Origin: Chiloscyllium plagiosum
Lineage: Eukaryota
DNA: 61,884 nucleotides
Assembly: GCF_004010195.1 (NCBI RefSeq)
Contig: NC_057751.1
Location: 12,882,014-12,943,897, forward strand
Reading direction: 5' to 3'
The notes beneath the pieces were generated by a model. It was not told the DNA's origin, searched no databases, and saw only the letters and a program-made list of their open reading frames with translations. The stretch's first letter is position 1. Each line of letters begins with the position of its first letter. Shown here one piece after another: positions 1 to 11,904 of the stretch. Both the position numbers and the translations under genes were made by a program.

Positions 1-519
1 AACCCGCCTGTTTTAAAATCTAAACAAAATCTTGACAGTTAATTGTCAGTGACCATTAACTGGTGCATTTCTCCATTTCAACACCTCTAACAATCGAAGT
101 CAACCAATCATACACATGTTGTTTTCCCTTAACTTTGTTATTTCTTCCAAATTGTCCTGATGAGTGCAAGATAATAAACTTTGACAAAATGTGTCTTTTC
201 TCAGTAGTACTGAAATCTTTAAAATTCCTAAGGTTGAGTTCCTTTATGCTCCTTGATCAGAACAAATGGCAATGAAGAGACACATCCCAAAAGGATAACA
301 CTGCACGAACCAGCAAGAAGAGGGTTCGTTTTACCCTTGTGTACAGAATAAATCACATTTTATCCTTCTCACCTTGTTCTGGTGACCTCTCAAATAGTGA
401 AAGAAATATGTTGCTGAAGTCCTGATGTCACCTTACACTTAACAGAGGGCAATGGCACAGCACATTTAAACCTGTTTGTTGTTGTTCTTTTATCCCAAAT
501 CTTTCCTGTGAACAAAATA

Positions 520-780
520 TGATAAGTAAAGATCACATGGCACCTTTCTGAAGGCAAATATTTCCTGGTGTCTTGACTAATCGTTCCTTCTCAGTGAATC
601 TCATTGTAAACAACCTAACCATGATCAAATTCTCACTAGTTGGGCCCTTGCTGTGAATACAATTGCTGCTGTATTTTCTGCATGATGGCAGTGATTACAA
701 TTCAAAGTATTTTTGTCAAGGATTTTGTGATGTCCCAAGATTGTGAAGGTTATAACAGAAAAGCAAGTCTCTCTTCTGTT
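520..780 (+). mobile_element. Degenerate DeuSINE (SacSINE1/AmnSINE1-like) 3' portion
   Basis: cttgctgtgaatacaattgctgctgtattt...ttcaaagta...gatgtcccaagattgtgaagg...gcaagtct resembles the Deu-domain/L2-like tail; related copies at ~2930-3290, ~27000 and ~60100. Confidence 0.5.
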
Positions 781-1144
781 GTTTGTAATGATCCTTCCTG
801 GGATAGTTACTGATGACAACACCATGCTGTATTTATCTAGAGAAGTGGATTTGCTTTATTGCATTGATCTCAAGATGTCAGACTGAGCTTCGATACTTTG
901 TAAGGTCCGATTGTCCAGAGATATTGTTGCTCAAAACACCTGTATGCTTTCCTAATAATGTGTGTAGACCCAGCCAGCGGCAGAACCATCCCGAACACTG
1001 ATGACTCTTGGTCTGTGTTCACCTTCCATGGATCTTATCTTCTCTTTTTTTCTCTTCCTTAACATTATCGGAGACACTTTTCACCTTTGAGCGCTCGCTC
1101 TGTTCCTTTTCTGAGTAGTGAGACGACATGATATCCCTACTACA

Positions 1145-1245
1145 AATTAAAACAGAAATAGCTGGAAAATCTCTGCAGGTCTGGCAGCATCTGTAGAGAG
1201 AAATTAGAGTTAACGTTTCAAGTCAAGTGATCCTTCTTCAGAATA
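1145..1245 (-). mobile_element. Penelope-like terminal fragment with hammerhead-like core
   Basis: Matches the left arm of the 60178-60452 element; minus strand reads CTGAAGA-aggatcacttgactt-GAAA-cgtta. Confidence 0.6.
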
Positions 1246-2289
1246 GGATATTCCTCTTGTCTGCAACACATGTTCTTCCACCTTGGATCCCAGTACAGTA
1301 ATGTGGGGAAGAGACTCAAGTCAGGTTCTCCCCTCTGGCCAAAGGACTTTGAGGACAACAGCAATGTTTCACAGTCGCACCAACCCAGATTTACTTAAGC
1401 ACAGTGCTCCGAGTTGTACTGGGAAGTGTGGTTAATTCCTTCCAGCTGATTCCGATAAGAAGGACAAAATGTCATTGGCCATAAAAACGATTTGGAACAC
1501 TGTATTTGAAAGATGCAATATAGACGCAAGTTTTCTCTTTCTAACTTAGCACAGTCTGGGAGTCAAACTTGGACCATTTTTGGTCTCAGAAGCTTGGCTA
1601 CTATCTGAGAAGGTATGATAAAGCCAGAAATAAATTCATTGAATAATTCCAGAAATAGAAGAGTGTGAGCATTTAGTGGGCTGCATTTGCGAGTCCACAA
1701 TTCTCAGTCAGAATAGGGAAGGTTGGATAATTCTCTTGTCTATCAAGCCAGGACGATCTTACTTACTGACAGTACTGAGACACTGTGACCTTTCTGCTAA
1801 TTCGCACATGATTTTGAATGTGTCCTGTAAAACGAGAGCAGAATAATCATGAGCAGTTGGGTCTCAACTACTTCACTGCTAGTTCCAATTGAGCATTGAT
1901 AACATGGGTTATTGTCACTCTGTCTTGGAACAATAGCAACATCAAAGTTAAGGTCATTTATTATCCAGGTAGGAAGGGAAAGGAAAAGAGCAAAAACTTG
2001 AGATAAAACCACAGCATTAGTACAGCCATTGTGATCACAGCTAAAATAATTTCAATTAAAGTGGTTGTCATGGGAATAAATGGGGTATTTAGTCCAAGTG
2101 TCACTTGTTGTGTCGGATTATCAGCAGGCTCCTTTGTATGGCTTTTAATGAATTTAAGTGCGAATGAAATGCTTCTGCATGTTAAATGCTCCTGTTCAGT
2201 CTAAACGTCTTAGCTTGTATTAAAATTCATTGCCACTTGATGTGATTTGCCTAACTTCTTGTGATAAAATTTAGTTAATTTGAGATGGT

Positions 2290-2785
2290 AGTTTGGAAGC
2301 AACACTGAAAAGCTGCATTCACCACTTGCCTGGATAAGTGCAACTTCAACAACTTGAAGTAGGACAAGGAAGCCCTCTTGATTGGCAGCACATCTAGAAA
2401 CATTTACTGCCTCCACCGCTGGCGCTCCGTAGCAGCAGTGTGTACCTTCGACAAGATTCACTGCAGAAATGCACCATGGTGCCTTGGACAACACATTCCA
2501 AGTTCATGACCACTGTGTTAATAAGGACAAGGGCAACAAATACATCAACACCTGCAAGTTTCACTTCAAGTCACTCACCACCCTGACTTGGAAATATATC
2601 GTTGTTGATTTAGTGTCACTGGGTGAAAATCCTGGAACCCCCTCCCAAATGGCATTGTGGGTCTACTTATAACAAATGGATGACTGCAGTTCAAGAAGGC
2701 ACCTTGTCAAGGGCAGTTAGAGGTGAGCAATAAATGCTGGCCCAGCCATCAATGCCCACATCCTATAAATGAATAATAAAATAAA
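2290..2785 (+). mobile_element. 3' fragment of a second CR1/L2-clade LINE family
   Basis: Shares blocks (aggacaagggca, cacctgcaagtt, ctcaccaccctgacttggaaatatatc) with 16785-17212 and 18985-19473; ends in gaataataaaataaaa. Confidence 0.6.
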
Positions 2786-2929
2786 AAGTTGACCACTTAA
2801 GGGATATTTTTGGCCCTTAACTGGTAATGAACAATAGGCTCAGTATCTGAGGCACCAGTTGCTCAATGTCCAAGAGAGAAATGAAGGGATGATAGCGGAC
2901 TGAGTTCTGGCCTTTTGCCTCTGAACCAA

Positions 2930-3290
2930 TGGTTCAAATGCTAACATTCTGGCGATTATTTTGACCTGTGTAACAGTCAGTTGGCAATCCATTTCACATT
3001 GGTCTTGGTGGCTAATTCCATTCATGTTGAGCTCGTCTCTCAGGGCTTTGCAGAAGATCTGATTGTGCAATGTAGAAGAAGCTGATAAGAATTTTCCTAA
3101 CGGACTGGCTGTCATTCAACAGACATCAACGTGAAATGAAAATATCTGGTCATTACCAGATTTCTGTCTGTGGGAGCTTGCTGCACTGAGATTGTCTATC
3201 ATTCTTCATACTTTCCAAAAGAGATGATGCTTCAAGATTTCTTTGATAGATTTGCAAGATTGTGAGGGCACTCTGTACATGCAAAATATT
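2930..3290 (+). mobile_element. Degenerate DeuSINE
   Basis: tRNA B-box-like ggttcaaatgc at the 5' end, tgtgggagcttgctg core, and tail ending gcactctgtacatgcaa. Confidence 0.45.
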
Positions 3291-5285
3291 CTGTGTTTCT
3301 TCACGACTAAGCAGTCGAAAGCTATCGTGTTTTTGACAAAGTGAATAAAGTTTCAATGTAACTCTTGGTATTTGCCACTGAGCATACGAATTGCAACAAA
3401 CTAGAGAGAATGGTGCAACATTGAAAGGGTCACTAGTGATTATGGCCCATCAAATTTCAGGGACAGGTTTGTATTTTTATTAAAATATCTATGTCAGTAC
3501 TGTGAGCTGTCTCCAGCCCTTTAGGATGTAGATATTCAGGATGTGACAGCCAAACTCACCATGTCAGTTCCTTGGAGTTAATAACTGATTATTTCTGACC
3601 ACCTGACAAAGTTAGTGAAATCATCTGGCTAAGTGCTATTGACAAAATTAATAAATAAGTTAACGTTTTGAATTTGGGTATTTCTGTAGTAAATTGAACA
3701 AGTCATTCAGCAGGACAGCAGCCCTTGGAGTTGATACACGGACAGGATCATCCCTTGTTTCAGAACACATATTCACACTGATTGACAGAGTTTGTGTCTC
3801 TGGGCAAGTGAGTTGTTTGCAACCATTTAAACCAAAATAAATGCTGAAGGTGCCTGTCATGATAGATTAGTCAGCGTGGGCAACAACATGAAATACTGCA
3901 CCAAAGAAAGAGAGGAGTCCCTTTTCTTAGCCACTGTGTTTTGAAATGCAGGGGTTACTCAACCATGGACACAAAGCATGGGAGGAGAACAGAACCAGTG
4001 AGAGTGCATGGAGTTTTGATCCACAATTGACAGTCCTTGACTTCGTTCTTTCTATAAGCCAATCCATAGCGTGGTATCAACTGTAAGACAAGGTGGGTTA
4101 GACAACCTGTAAGTGTATGTATTTGTAATCCCAGCACAATAACCTATCTTTAAAAGGGCCATTGCCCTGACACTTAACATGATTATACACTTTACTCCAA
4201 TCTGTTCACCACTACTCTCTGCTTTCTGTCTTTTGTGAAATTTTGTATCCATCCTGTTTTTGTTGCTTTTAATCTCATGCGCTTTTCTGGCAAGCTATTC
4301 TATAGCATGACTAATGTTTGAAAGTCCACATCCACCAAATCAATTTCATGTCACTCATCAATCCTCTTCAATACATCATCCAAGACCTCAACTAAACTCA
4401 CCAAGCACTTTTTAAAATGCACACTTACTTTATTTTAAGAACCCAATTAAGCTCACAGTAACACCTTATAAAATAACCCACTACTTGCATTAAGCTGAGT
4501 AACCAATCATCGACAAGTGGTACAACAGCTTTCTTAAAGTAGATCTTGCCTTTTGTTTTGGAACTGCCTCAGGATTTAGCAGTGAAATGAGGGTTTGAGC
4601 TATTGATTCAGCTGTTCTGAGTATCAAAGCAGCTGGTAATAGGAGTTCTTTATTTGAACAGCACATTAACTTTAAGAACTCTCTAGCAAAGCAAATACAC
4701 ACTTAGCTTTCGTTTCAGCAAATAATATTAATTGTGTGCATGGAAGCCGTTGTTTTAGCTTGCTTGCTAATGGTGACAATCAAACTGAAGTCAGAGAAAA
4801 GGAATAAAAACAGAATCTGCAAGAGAAACTCAACAGCTCTGACAGTATCCTGGATGCTGCCAGGTCTGTGGAGATTTCCACCAGTTTCTGATTTTCTTTC
4901 CGACCTCCACCATCTGTAGCATTTGACTTATTATAACTGAGAAAAGGAACATGCATTCATCAAGTGATGTTTGCAACCTTATGTCGTCAGTGAAATACTC
5001 TTGAAATGTAATCACTTTTGTAACGTAGGGATCATAGCAGTCAAGCTCATCCCAGCAATCTCTCACAGACAGAAGTGTGCAGCTGACCAGGTAACTTGTT
5101 TGAGATGTTGGTTCAGGAATAAATATTAGTCACTGCATTGTAGAACTGCCTTGCATTTCTTTGAGGACCTTGCTGGATGTTGGTGCTTGCAATGAAGAAA
5201 TAATGATACTGCAGTGGGTGCTGATGCTAAAAAGGCCTCCATTTCAACCAGATCAGGGACAGTCATGGTGTGTGTTTGTGGGAGA

Positions 5286-6215
5286 CATGAATTTGGAAGT
5301 GTTGGTATTGGATTAGGATGGATAAAGTTAAAAATCACACAACACCAAGGTTTATTTGGAAGCACTAGCTCTCGGAGCGCTGCTCTTTCATCAGGTGGTT
5401 GTGGAGTAGAAGATTGTAATACACAGAATTTATAGCACAAAAAGTTTACAGTGTGATGTAACTGAAATTGTACATTGAAAATGACCTGGATTGCTTGTTA
5501 AGTCTCTCACGTTTTAGAATGGCCACGTTGGTTTCACTTCTTTCACATGTAAATCCAGAACCTTTTTTTAAAGTTACATTCTCGTGAACATAATAAGTGC
5601 TGTGTCGGCTCAGATAATGCATTGAAGGTGTGAGGAGCCCTCTGTGAGACTGTCTGTGCCACATTGTTCAGACTGATTCTATTTCTAAAAAAGGGATTTA
5701 CAGAATCTTAGATGGATTCACACAGTTTTTGAGCAAAATAAAATGTAATTCTGCAAGTACAAATTCACCCCACAAACTTATATATGTGTGTGTGTGTGGG
5801 GGGGGGGGGGAATGTATATAAGTGTGTGAGTGTAAAGGGATACATGTCCTTAAGAGGTGTGTGTGTGCGTGTGTGTGTGTAGTGCAATGGTGGTCACCTG
5901 TAATGTGACATGAATCCAAGGTCCCAGTTGAGGCCATCCCCATGGGTACCAAACTTGGCTATCAGCCTCTGCTCAGCCCCTTTGTGTTGTTGCCTGTCCC
6001 AAAGTCCACCTTGGACCATAGTCACTCGATGGTCTGAGGTCAAATATCCAGGACCGCTGAAGTGTTCTCCGACTGAGAGGGATCTCTCCTGTCTGTTGAT
6101 TGTTGTGTGGTGTCCATTAAGCTGTTGCCGTAGCCTTTGCTTGGTCTCGCCAGTGTACCATGCCTCAGGGCATCCTTGCCTGAATATTATGAGATAGACA
6201 ACATTGGCCGAGTCA
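5286..6215 (-). mobile_element. 5'-truncated Penelope-like element (GIY-YIG endonuclease remnant plus 3' terminus)
   Basis: ORF 5894-6304 contains NVVYLI...WYTGETKQRLRQQLNGH...VGEHF...AEQRLIAKFGT...GLN, a PLE GIY-YIG pattern; internal (CA)n tract; terminal hammerhead-like core at ~5367-5394 with GAAA changed to GAGA. Confidence 0.85.
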
Positions 6216-6421
6216 CGTACGTGGTGGGCTCTTGTCAATGGTTTTACTAACATCCAAGTAAATATGTCTACTGCTCTGCCCTTATCAATCTTCTTCTTGG
6301 TCACTTCCTCAAAAACTCAATTAACTTTCCCTCGCACAGAACCTTGCTGAGTATCCCTAATCATTCCTTCTTTGCCAGTGTGAGATCATATTCCCAATTT
6401 GGTGTTAGTCATGCAATATTC

Positions 6422-6627
6422 GCAGCTGAAAGTGTGTTGCTGGAAAAGCGCAGCAGGTCAGGCAGCATCCAAGGAACAGGAGAATCGACGTTTCGGGCAT
6501 AAGCCTTCCTTAGGCTTATGCCCGAAACGTCGATTCTCCTGTTCCTTGGATGCTGCCTGTCCTGCTGCGCTTTTCCAGCAACACACTTTCAGCTCTGATC
6601 TCCAGCATCTGCAGCCCTCACTTTCTC
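6422..6627. mobile_element. Fold-back mini-element derived from a Penelope terminus
   Basis: 83-bp inverted arms 6424-6506 and 6512-6594 (1 mismatch, 5-nt loop), a 33-nt one-sided tail, and 12-bp direct repeat catgcaatattc at 6410-6421 and 6628-6639. Confidence 0.9.
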
Positions 6628-6699
6628 CATGCAATATTCATAGTGCAATTATGCTTCTGTGACTACAAACTGTGAATCCTCAACAAACTCAAAGAGCCA

Positions 6700-8770
6700 C
6701 AGTACATAGTATATAGAACAGTACAGCACAGTACAGGCCCTTTGGCCTTTGATGTTGTGTTGACCTTTTATCCTACTCTAAGATCAAACTAACTTATATA
6801 CCCTTCATTGCACTATCTTCTATGTGCCTATCCAAGAGTCGCTTAAATGTCCCTAATGTATCTGGCAGTGCATACCTCACACCTACGACTCTCTGTGTAA
6901 AGAACCTGCCTCTGATATCTCCCCTAAATCTTCCTCCAATTACCTTAAAATTATACCCTCTCATGATAGACATTTCTGCCAGACATCTCTGACTTTCCAC
7001 TGTATCTATGCCTCTCAACATCTGGTACACCTCTATCAAGTCACCTCTCAACCTTCTTCACTCCAATCAGAAAGGCCTAGCTCCCTCAACATTTCTTCAT
7101 AAGACATGCCCTCCAGTTCAGGCAACATCCTGGTAAATCTCCTCTGCAGCCTCTCTAAAGCTTCCATATCTTTCCTATAATGAGGCAACCAGAACTGAGC
7201 ACAATATTCCAAGTGTGGTCTAACCAGGGCTATACTGAGCTGCAGCATAACATCACTGCTAATGAAAGCCAACACATTGTGCGCTTTCTTAACAACCCTA
7301 TCAACTTGGATGGCAACTTTGAGGGATCTGCGGATGTGGACCCCAAGATCCCTCTGTAGATTAGATTACATTACATTACAGTGTGGAAACAGGCCCTTCG
7401 GCCCAACAAGTCCACACCGATCTGCCGAAGCGCAACCCACCCATACCCTTATATTTACCCCTTACCTAACACTACGGGCAATTTAGCATGGACAATTCAC
7501 CTGACCTGCACATCTTTGGACTGTGGGAGGAAACCGGAGCACCCGGAGGAAACCCACGCAGACATGGGGAGAATGTGCAAACTCCACACAGTCAGTCGCC
7601 TGAGGCGGGAATTGAACCCGGGTCTCAGGCACTGTGAGGCAGCAGTGCTAACCACTGTGCCACCGTGCCGCCCACACTGTACTTCCACACTGCCAAGAAT
7701 CCTGCATAAAACCTGTATTCTGCATTCAAATTTGACCTTCCATCTGCCACTTCTCAGCCCAGTTCTGCATCCTGTCAATGTCCCATTGCAACCTACAACA
7801 GATGTCCACACTATCAACAAATCCACCAACCTTCATGTTATGGGCACATTTACTAACCATTCTTTCCACTTCCTCATCCAAGTCATTTATTGAAAATCAC
7901 AAAGTGCAGAGGTCCCAGAACCAATCCTTGCGGAACACCACTGGTCACCGAGCTCCAGGCTGAATACTTTCCATTTGCCACTACTCTCTTCCATGGAGCA
8001 GTTAATTCTGTATCCAGACACCCATGCCTCCTTACTTTCTGAATGAGCCTACCATGGGGAACCTTATCAAACGCCTTGCTACATCCATGAACACCACATC
8101 CATTGCTCTACCTTAAAAAATGTGTTCAGTCAGATCCTCAAAAATTCAAAAGGTTTGTGAGGCATGACCTGCCCCTCACAAAGCCATGATGACTATCTCC
8201 AATCAAACTATGGTTTTCCAAGTAAACCATAAATCTGTCTGTCAAAATCCTTTCCAGTACTTTGCTCATGATTGACATAATACTGACTGGTCTGTAATTC
8301 CCAGGATTATCCCTATTCCCTTTCTTGAACAATGGAGTAACATTTTCCACACTCCAGTCATCTGGTACTACTTCAGTGGACAGTGAATATGCAAAGATCA
8401 CCACCAAAGGTGAGCAAGCTCTTCCCTTACTTCCTGTAGTAACCTAGGGTATATCGCGTCTGGCCCAGGGGATTTATCTATCCTTATGTCTTTCAAATTT
8501 CTTAGCACAGTCTCCTTCCTGCATCAACCTGTTCCAGCATATCATAGAAACATCAAGGTCCCTCTCAGTAGTGAATACTAAAGCAAAGTATTCATTAAGT
8601 GCCTCACCTATTTCCTCTGACTCCAGGCACAAGTTCCCTCCAATATCTCTCATCGGCCCTACCCTCACTCTGGCCATCCTCTTGTTCCTCACATAAGTGT
8701 AGAATGCTTTAGGGTTTTCCTTGTTCCTACCTGCTAAAGCTTTTCAAGGTTCCCTTCTAGCATTCCTCAG
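6700..8770 (-). mobile_element. CR1/HER1-type LINE, 5'-truncated and decayed, split by an HE1 SINE
   Basis: Frame fragments NVTPLFKKGNRDNPGNYRPVS, HGFVRGRSCLTNL, LVRPHLEYCAQFW, RGDLIEVY, FFTQRVV. Confidence 0.9.
7357..7673 (-). mobile_element. HE1-type V-SINE
   Basis: tRNA-derived head ggcggcacggtggcacagtggttagc...gggttcaattcc, V-domain tgtggagtttgcac, (TAATC/TAATG)n tail; ctgta repeated on both flanks. Confidence 0.9.
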
Positions 8771-11469
8771 TCCATCCTTAGTAGTTCAAGTTTTGATCAT
8801 GTTCAGACTTATTGTCCCAATGTGTGCAGGTTTAACTCCCTTCTTACTTGTCCACACCACAAGGAAACATTGGCAATCAAGAGTTGACACGTGCATGCTC
8901 AGATTGTTAGATTCACATAAGTGTTGACACATTTGAATTTCGGGAAAGTAGTGATAAAGTGGTCCTCAGTCATACTACACAATGGAATATGAAATTAACT
9001 TAAGATTGTGAATTTGCCATTTTTTTTGTCTGCCGAGGCCACAGTTAAGGCCTTCATTTTGAGAAGGATTGGAACTTGAGACAGACATCATGACTTGCTT
9101 TCTAAGCTCCATTCCTTTGCCACTCATTCATTTCTTCAGCCGAGAAACTGTCTGAGGCCAAACAGAGTTGTTCAGAATTCAGCATCCTCGGTTATTATTT
9201 CTCTCCCATGTTTTCAAATGCTAAGTTCGAAGCGTTTCCATGTCTTCATCTCCCCTAAGTTTTAAGCAGTTCATAAAAATGACTTCTTTCAGCAAGCTCC
9301 TCATCAACAGTCTTACAACTTTCTGTGGTTCAATGTTCAGCTTTGTCGAGTAACATGCCTGCACTGTGGGTCACTTAACTGTGTTAAAAGCTGCTGTTTT
9401 AATTAATGTTCTATTTGTGCACTTTGCAAAAAACACAGTGTTTGGGGCAAAATCTGTGAATTCCTCAGCTCACGCTGTCGGCAGAAACCCTGCAGTGGTC
9501 AAAGAACACTCACTGTCAACACTGACTCACAGAATCTAGGGAATTGTCAACAAATGCTGTCATGCCAGGGCAAGATGCCCATATTCAGTGAGCACTCAGG
9601 CTTGGCGACAGGTTAGCGATGTGCCATCGAGCTGAATTAAAACACTGGGAAGAAAGGCTTTGTTCTAATTTCAAAAACAAACATATGTGACTCGTTTGTA
9701 CACAAGCATCAAACGTGACATTTAGACGGAGTAGCCTGTCATCCTTTGGCTATTCCCAAATCCTCCAAAGCTAAAAGATAGAATTTGGAAGCCACTCACT
9801 GTTACCTTTTGGCAAATGCCAGTTTGCACATCGCAAGTTCCCAGAAACAACCGAATGAATGTTCAGATAATTTGCTCTTTATCTCTGACACTTCAGTTCC
9901 ACTGAGACTTGATGTCAGCAGTGGAATCTTACTACTTTTGCTTGGCTGTGATTTGGGCGAGAGTGAAAACTCTGTTGAGTGATGTATCTTTCTCCTGCTG
10001 TTGTTCAAACTTAAGTGATGAGCAGCTTTCTTTTCAAGTCCCTGCTTGTCATCTTTAATATGATACATTTTCTCCTGTTGACTGCAGCAGGAACGTGACT
10101 CGATGCTAATTTTGCACCAGATCCTTTGTAGCTGAAGGAACCAAGACAGTTAATTAGTGCTTAGTTTTAGTTTTAATATGTTGGATCTGAATTGAATTTT
10201 TTTTCTGACACAGGATTTGTCATTGGGACTGTCGTGTGCACCTGCTTTGCTGCATGAACAAATCCTAGAACAGATTGGTGTCTGCAAAACAAACAGTGAA
10301 TTATTCAGTTCCGAGAAATAAATTAATTTCCCTTCCAAGCTCTTCCTTTTCAATACACTCCAATCTATTGAGCAGGCAGCTGCACTTCAAGACTTAAGAA
10401 CACCAAATAGAACTGAGCAAATTCTAACTTTACATTATTTCTTTCTCCTTATCCCATTGTTACTACTTATGGGATCTGACTATGTGCATTTTGGAAACAA
10501 ATTTTCCAGACAACTTGAAACTGACTCAGTTTATGGAAACCCGAAGTTCTAAGGTGCAGAATTGTTGAAGACTAACGTATATTTTTCATGGCTCCATCTG
10601 TCAGTAGGCAGCTCCTCTTTGTTAAGAATCTGTAGAATTAACAAATGACTGAGCAAGATTGAAAGCTCATTGTGGTCATTTGAAAAGAGACCCTGACTCT
10701 ATCTGACTAATTTCATTGGAGGATATTTTGAACTGTGCCCCATCAGTAATACATAATTTTTTTCCGAAAGAACAAGGTCTTGCTATTTGAGTTAGTGTTT
10801 GTGACTCAATTGTTGAACACTATGTATGTGTGGGTGTGCTGAAGTCAGCATTCTGCATCTTTACAATAGGTGAGGATTAATTTACATTCAACTGCTGCTA
10901 ACTGACGCTGACCCCTTGCTTCCTTGGGTATTTATTTTCATCACATTAATAGTTTTACTCGGTTTTTGTGTGCAGAAGTGTGCATCTGTCAGGAACTGAA
11001 TTTAATTAGGATAGCGAGTTATAGCAGACCAAAGACTGTCAAATGATGCAGTGCATGCTGAACAGTGCTCTGGTGACAAGATACTCACTCAAAACTGATC
11101 CTTAGACAGTGCAGAACTCAGGAGGGAGTGGTCACGTCACCAGGATGAAACTCTGGCGAATGTAGTGAGTGTCCCACCACAGTAAAATCTGCAATGGAAA
11201 GCTCATTTCAGTAATGGTGACCATGACAACTATCCTTGACTGTCATTATATTATCTGCTACGTTCTTCAACAAAGGAAATCAGCCATCCCTACCTGGTCT
11301 GCCTAGATGTGACTCCAGGCTAATAACAGAGTGATCTATTTCTGATTGTCTTCTAAAACAACCTAGCCATGCAGTGCAAGGGCAATTAGGACATGCAACA
11401 AGAGCTAGCCTTACCAGGCACACAAACATTCAATGACAGAATAAAGAAAATGAACTGTTCTAGTACAAA

Positions 11470-11821
11470 CCTCTGACATTCTACTTCTTCCAGGGCACTG
11501 ACCCTCCAATAGTGCGGCATTCCCTCAGCACTGACCCTGTGACAGTTCAGCACTCCCTCAGTAATGACCCTCCGACAGTGTAGCACTTCCTCAGCACTGA
11601 CCCTCCGACAATACGGTACTCCCTCAGTACTGGCCCTCTGACAGTGCAGCAGTTCCTCAGTACTGACCCTCTGACTGTGCAGCACTACCTCATTACTGAC
11701 CCTCCGATCGTGCAGCAATTCTTCAGTGGCACTCCCTCAAGATTGTCCCTCTGACAGTACAACACTCCCGCAGTGCTGACCCTCCGACAGTGTTTGACAA
11801 TGCAGTGCTCCCTCAGTACTG
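11470..11821. repeat. 33-bp minisatellite, about 10 copies
   Basis: Consensus cactgaccctccgacagtgcagcactccctcag; produces the 11-aa periodic ORF 11386-11718. Confidence 0.9.
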
Positions 11822-11904
11822 TGCTTTAATATAAAATGGGTGACATGCTCAATTTCTGGAGCATGACTCAAACCCCGTCGTTCTGAGTCAGAAATGGAAG
11901 AACA

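Noticed and set aside
150-200. cctgatgagtgcaag...aaactttgac, another possible PLE terminus or hammerhead
   Set aside because: GAAA box and stem II are not recognisable; too decayed to call
7381-7893. 170-aa ORF and related ORFs at 16209, 18297, 40270 and 46172
   Set aside because: Translations of HE1 SINE copies (plus antisense CR1), not a gene family
10874-10999. Frame GLIYIQLLLTDADPLLPWVFIFITLIVLLGFCVQKCASVRN resembling tetraspanin TM2 (DP...LGF...LREN)
   Set aside because: Bounded by stops, no suitable splice sites and wrong length; probably chance
11386-11821. Periodic array as a CRISPR locus or repeat protein
   Set aside because: Head-to-tail 33-bp units with no unique spacers, no cas genes, eukaryotic context
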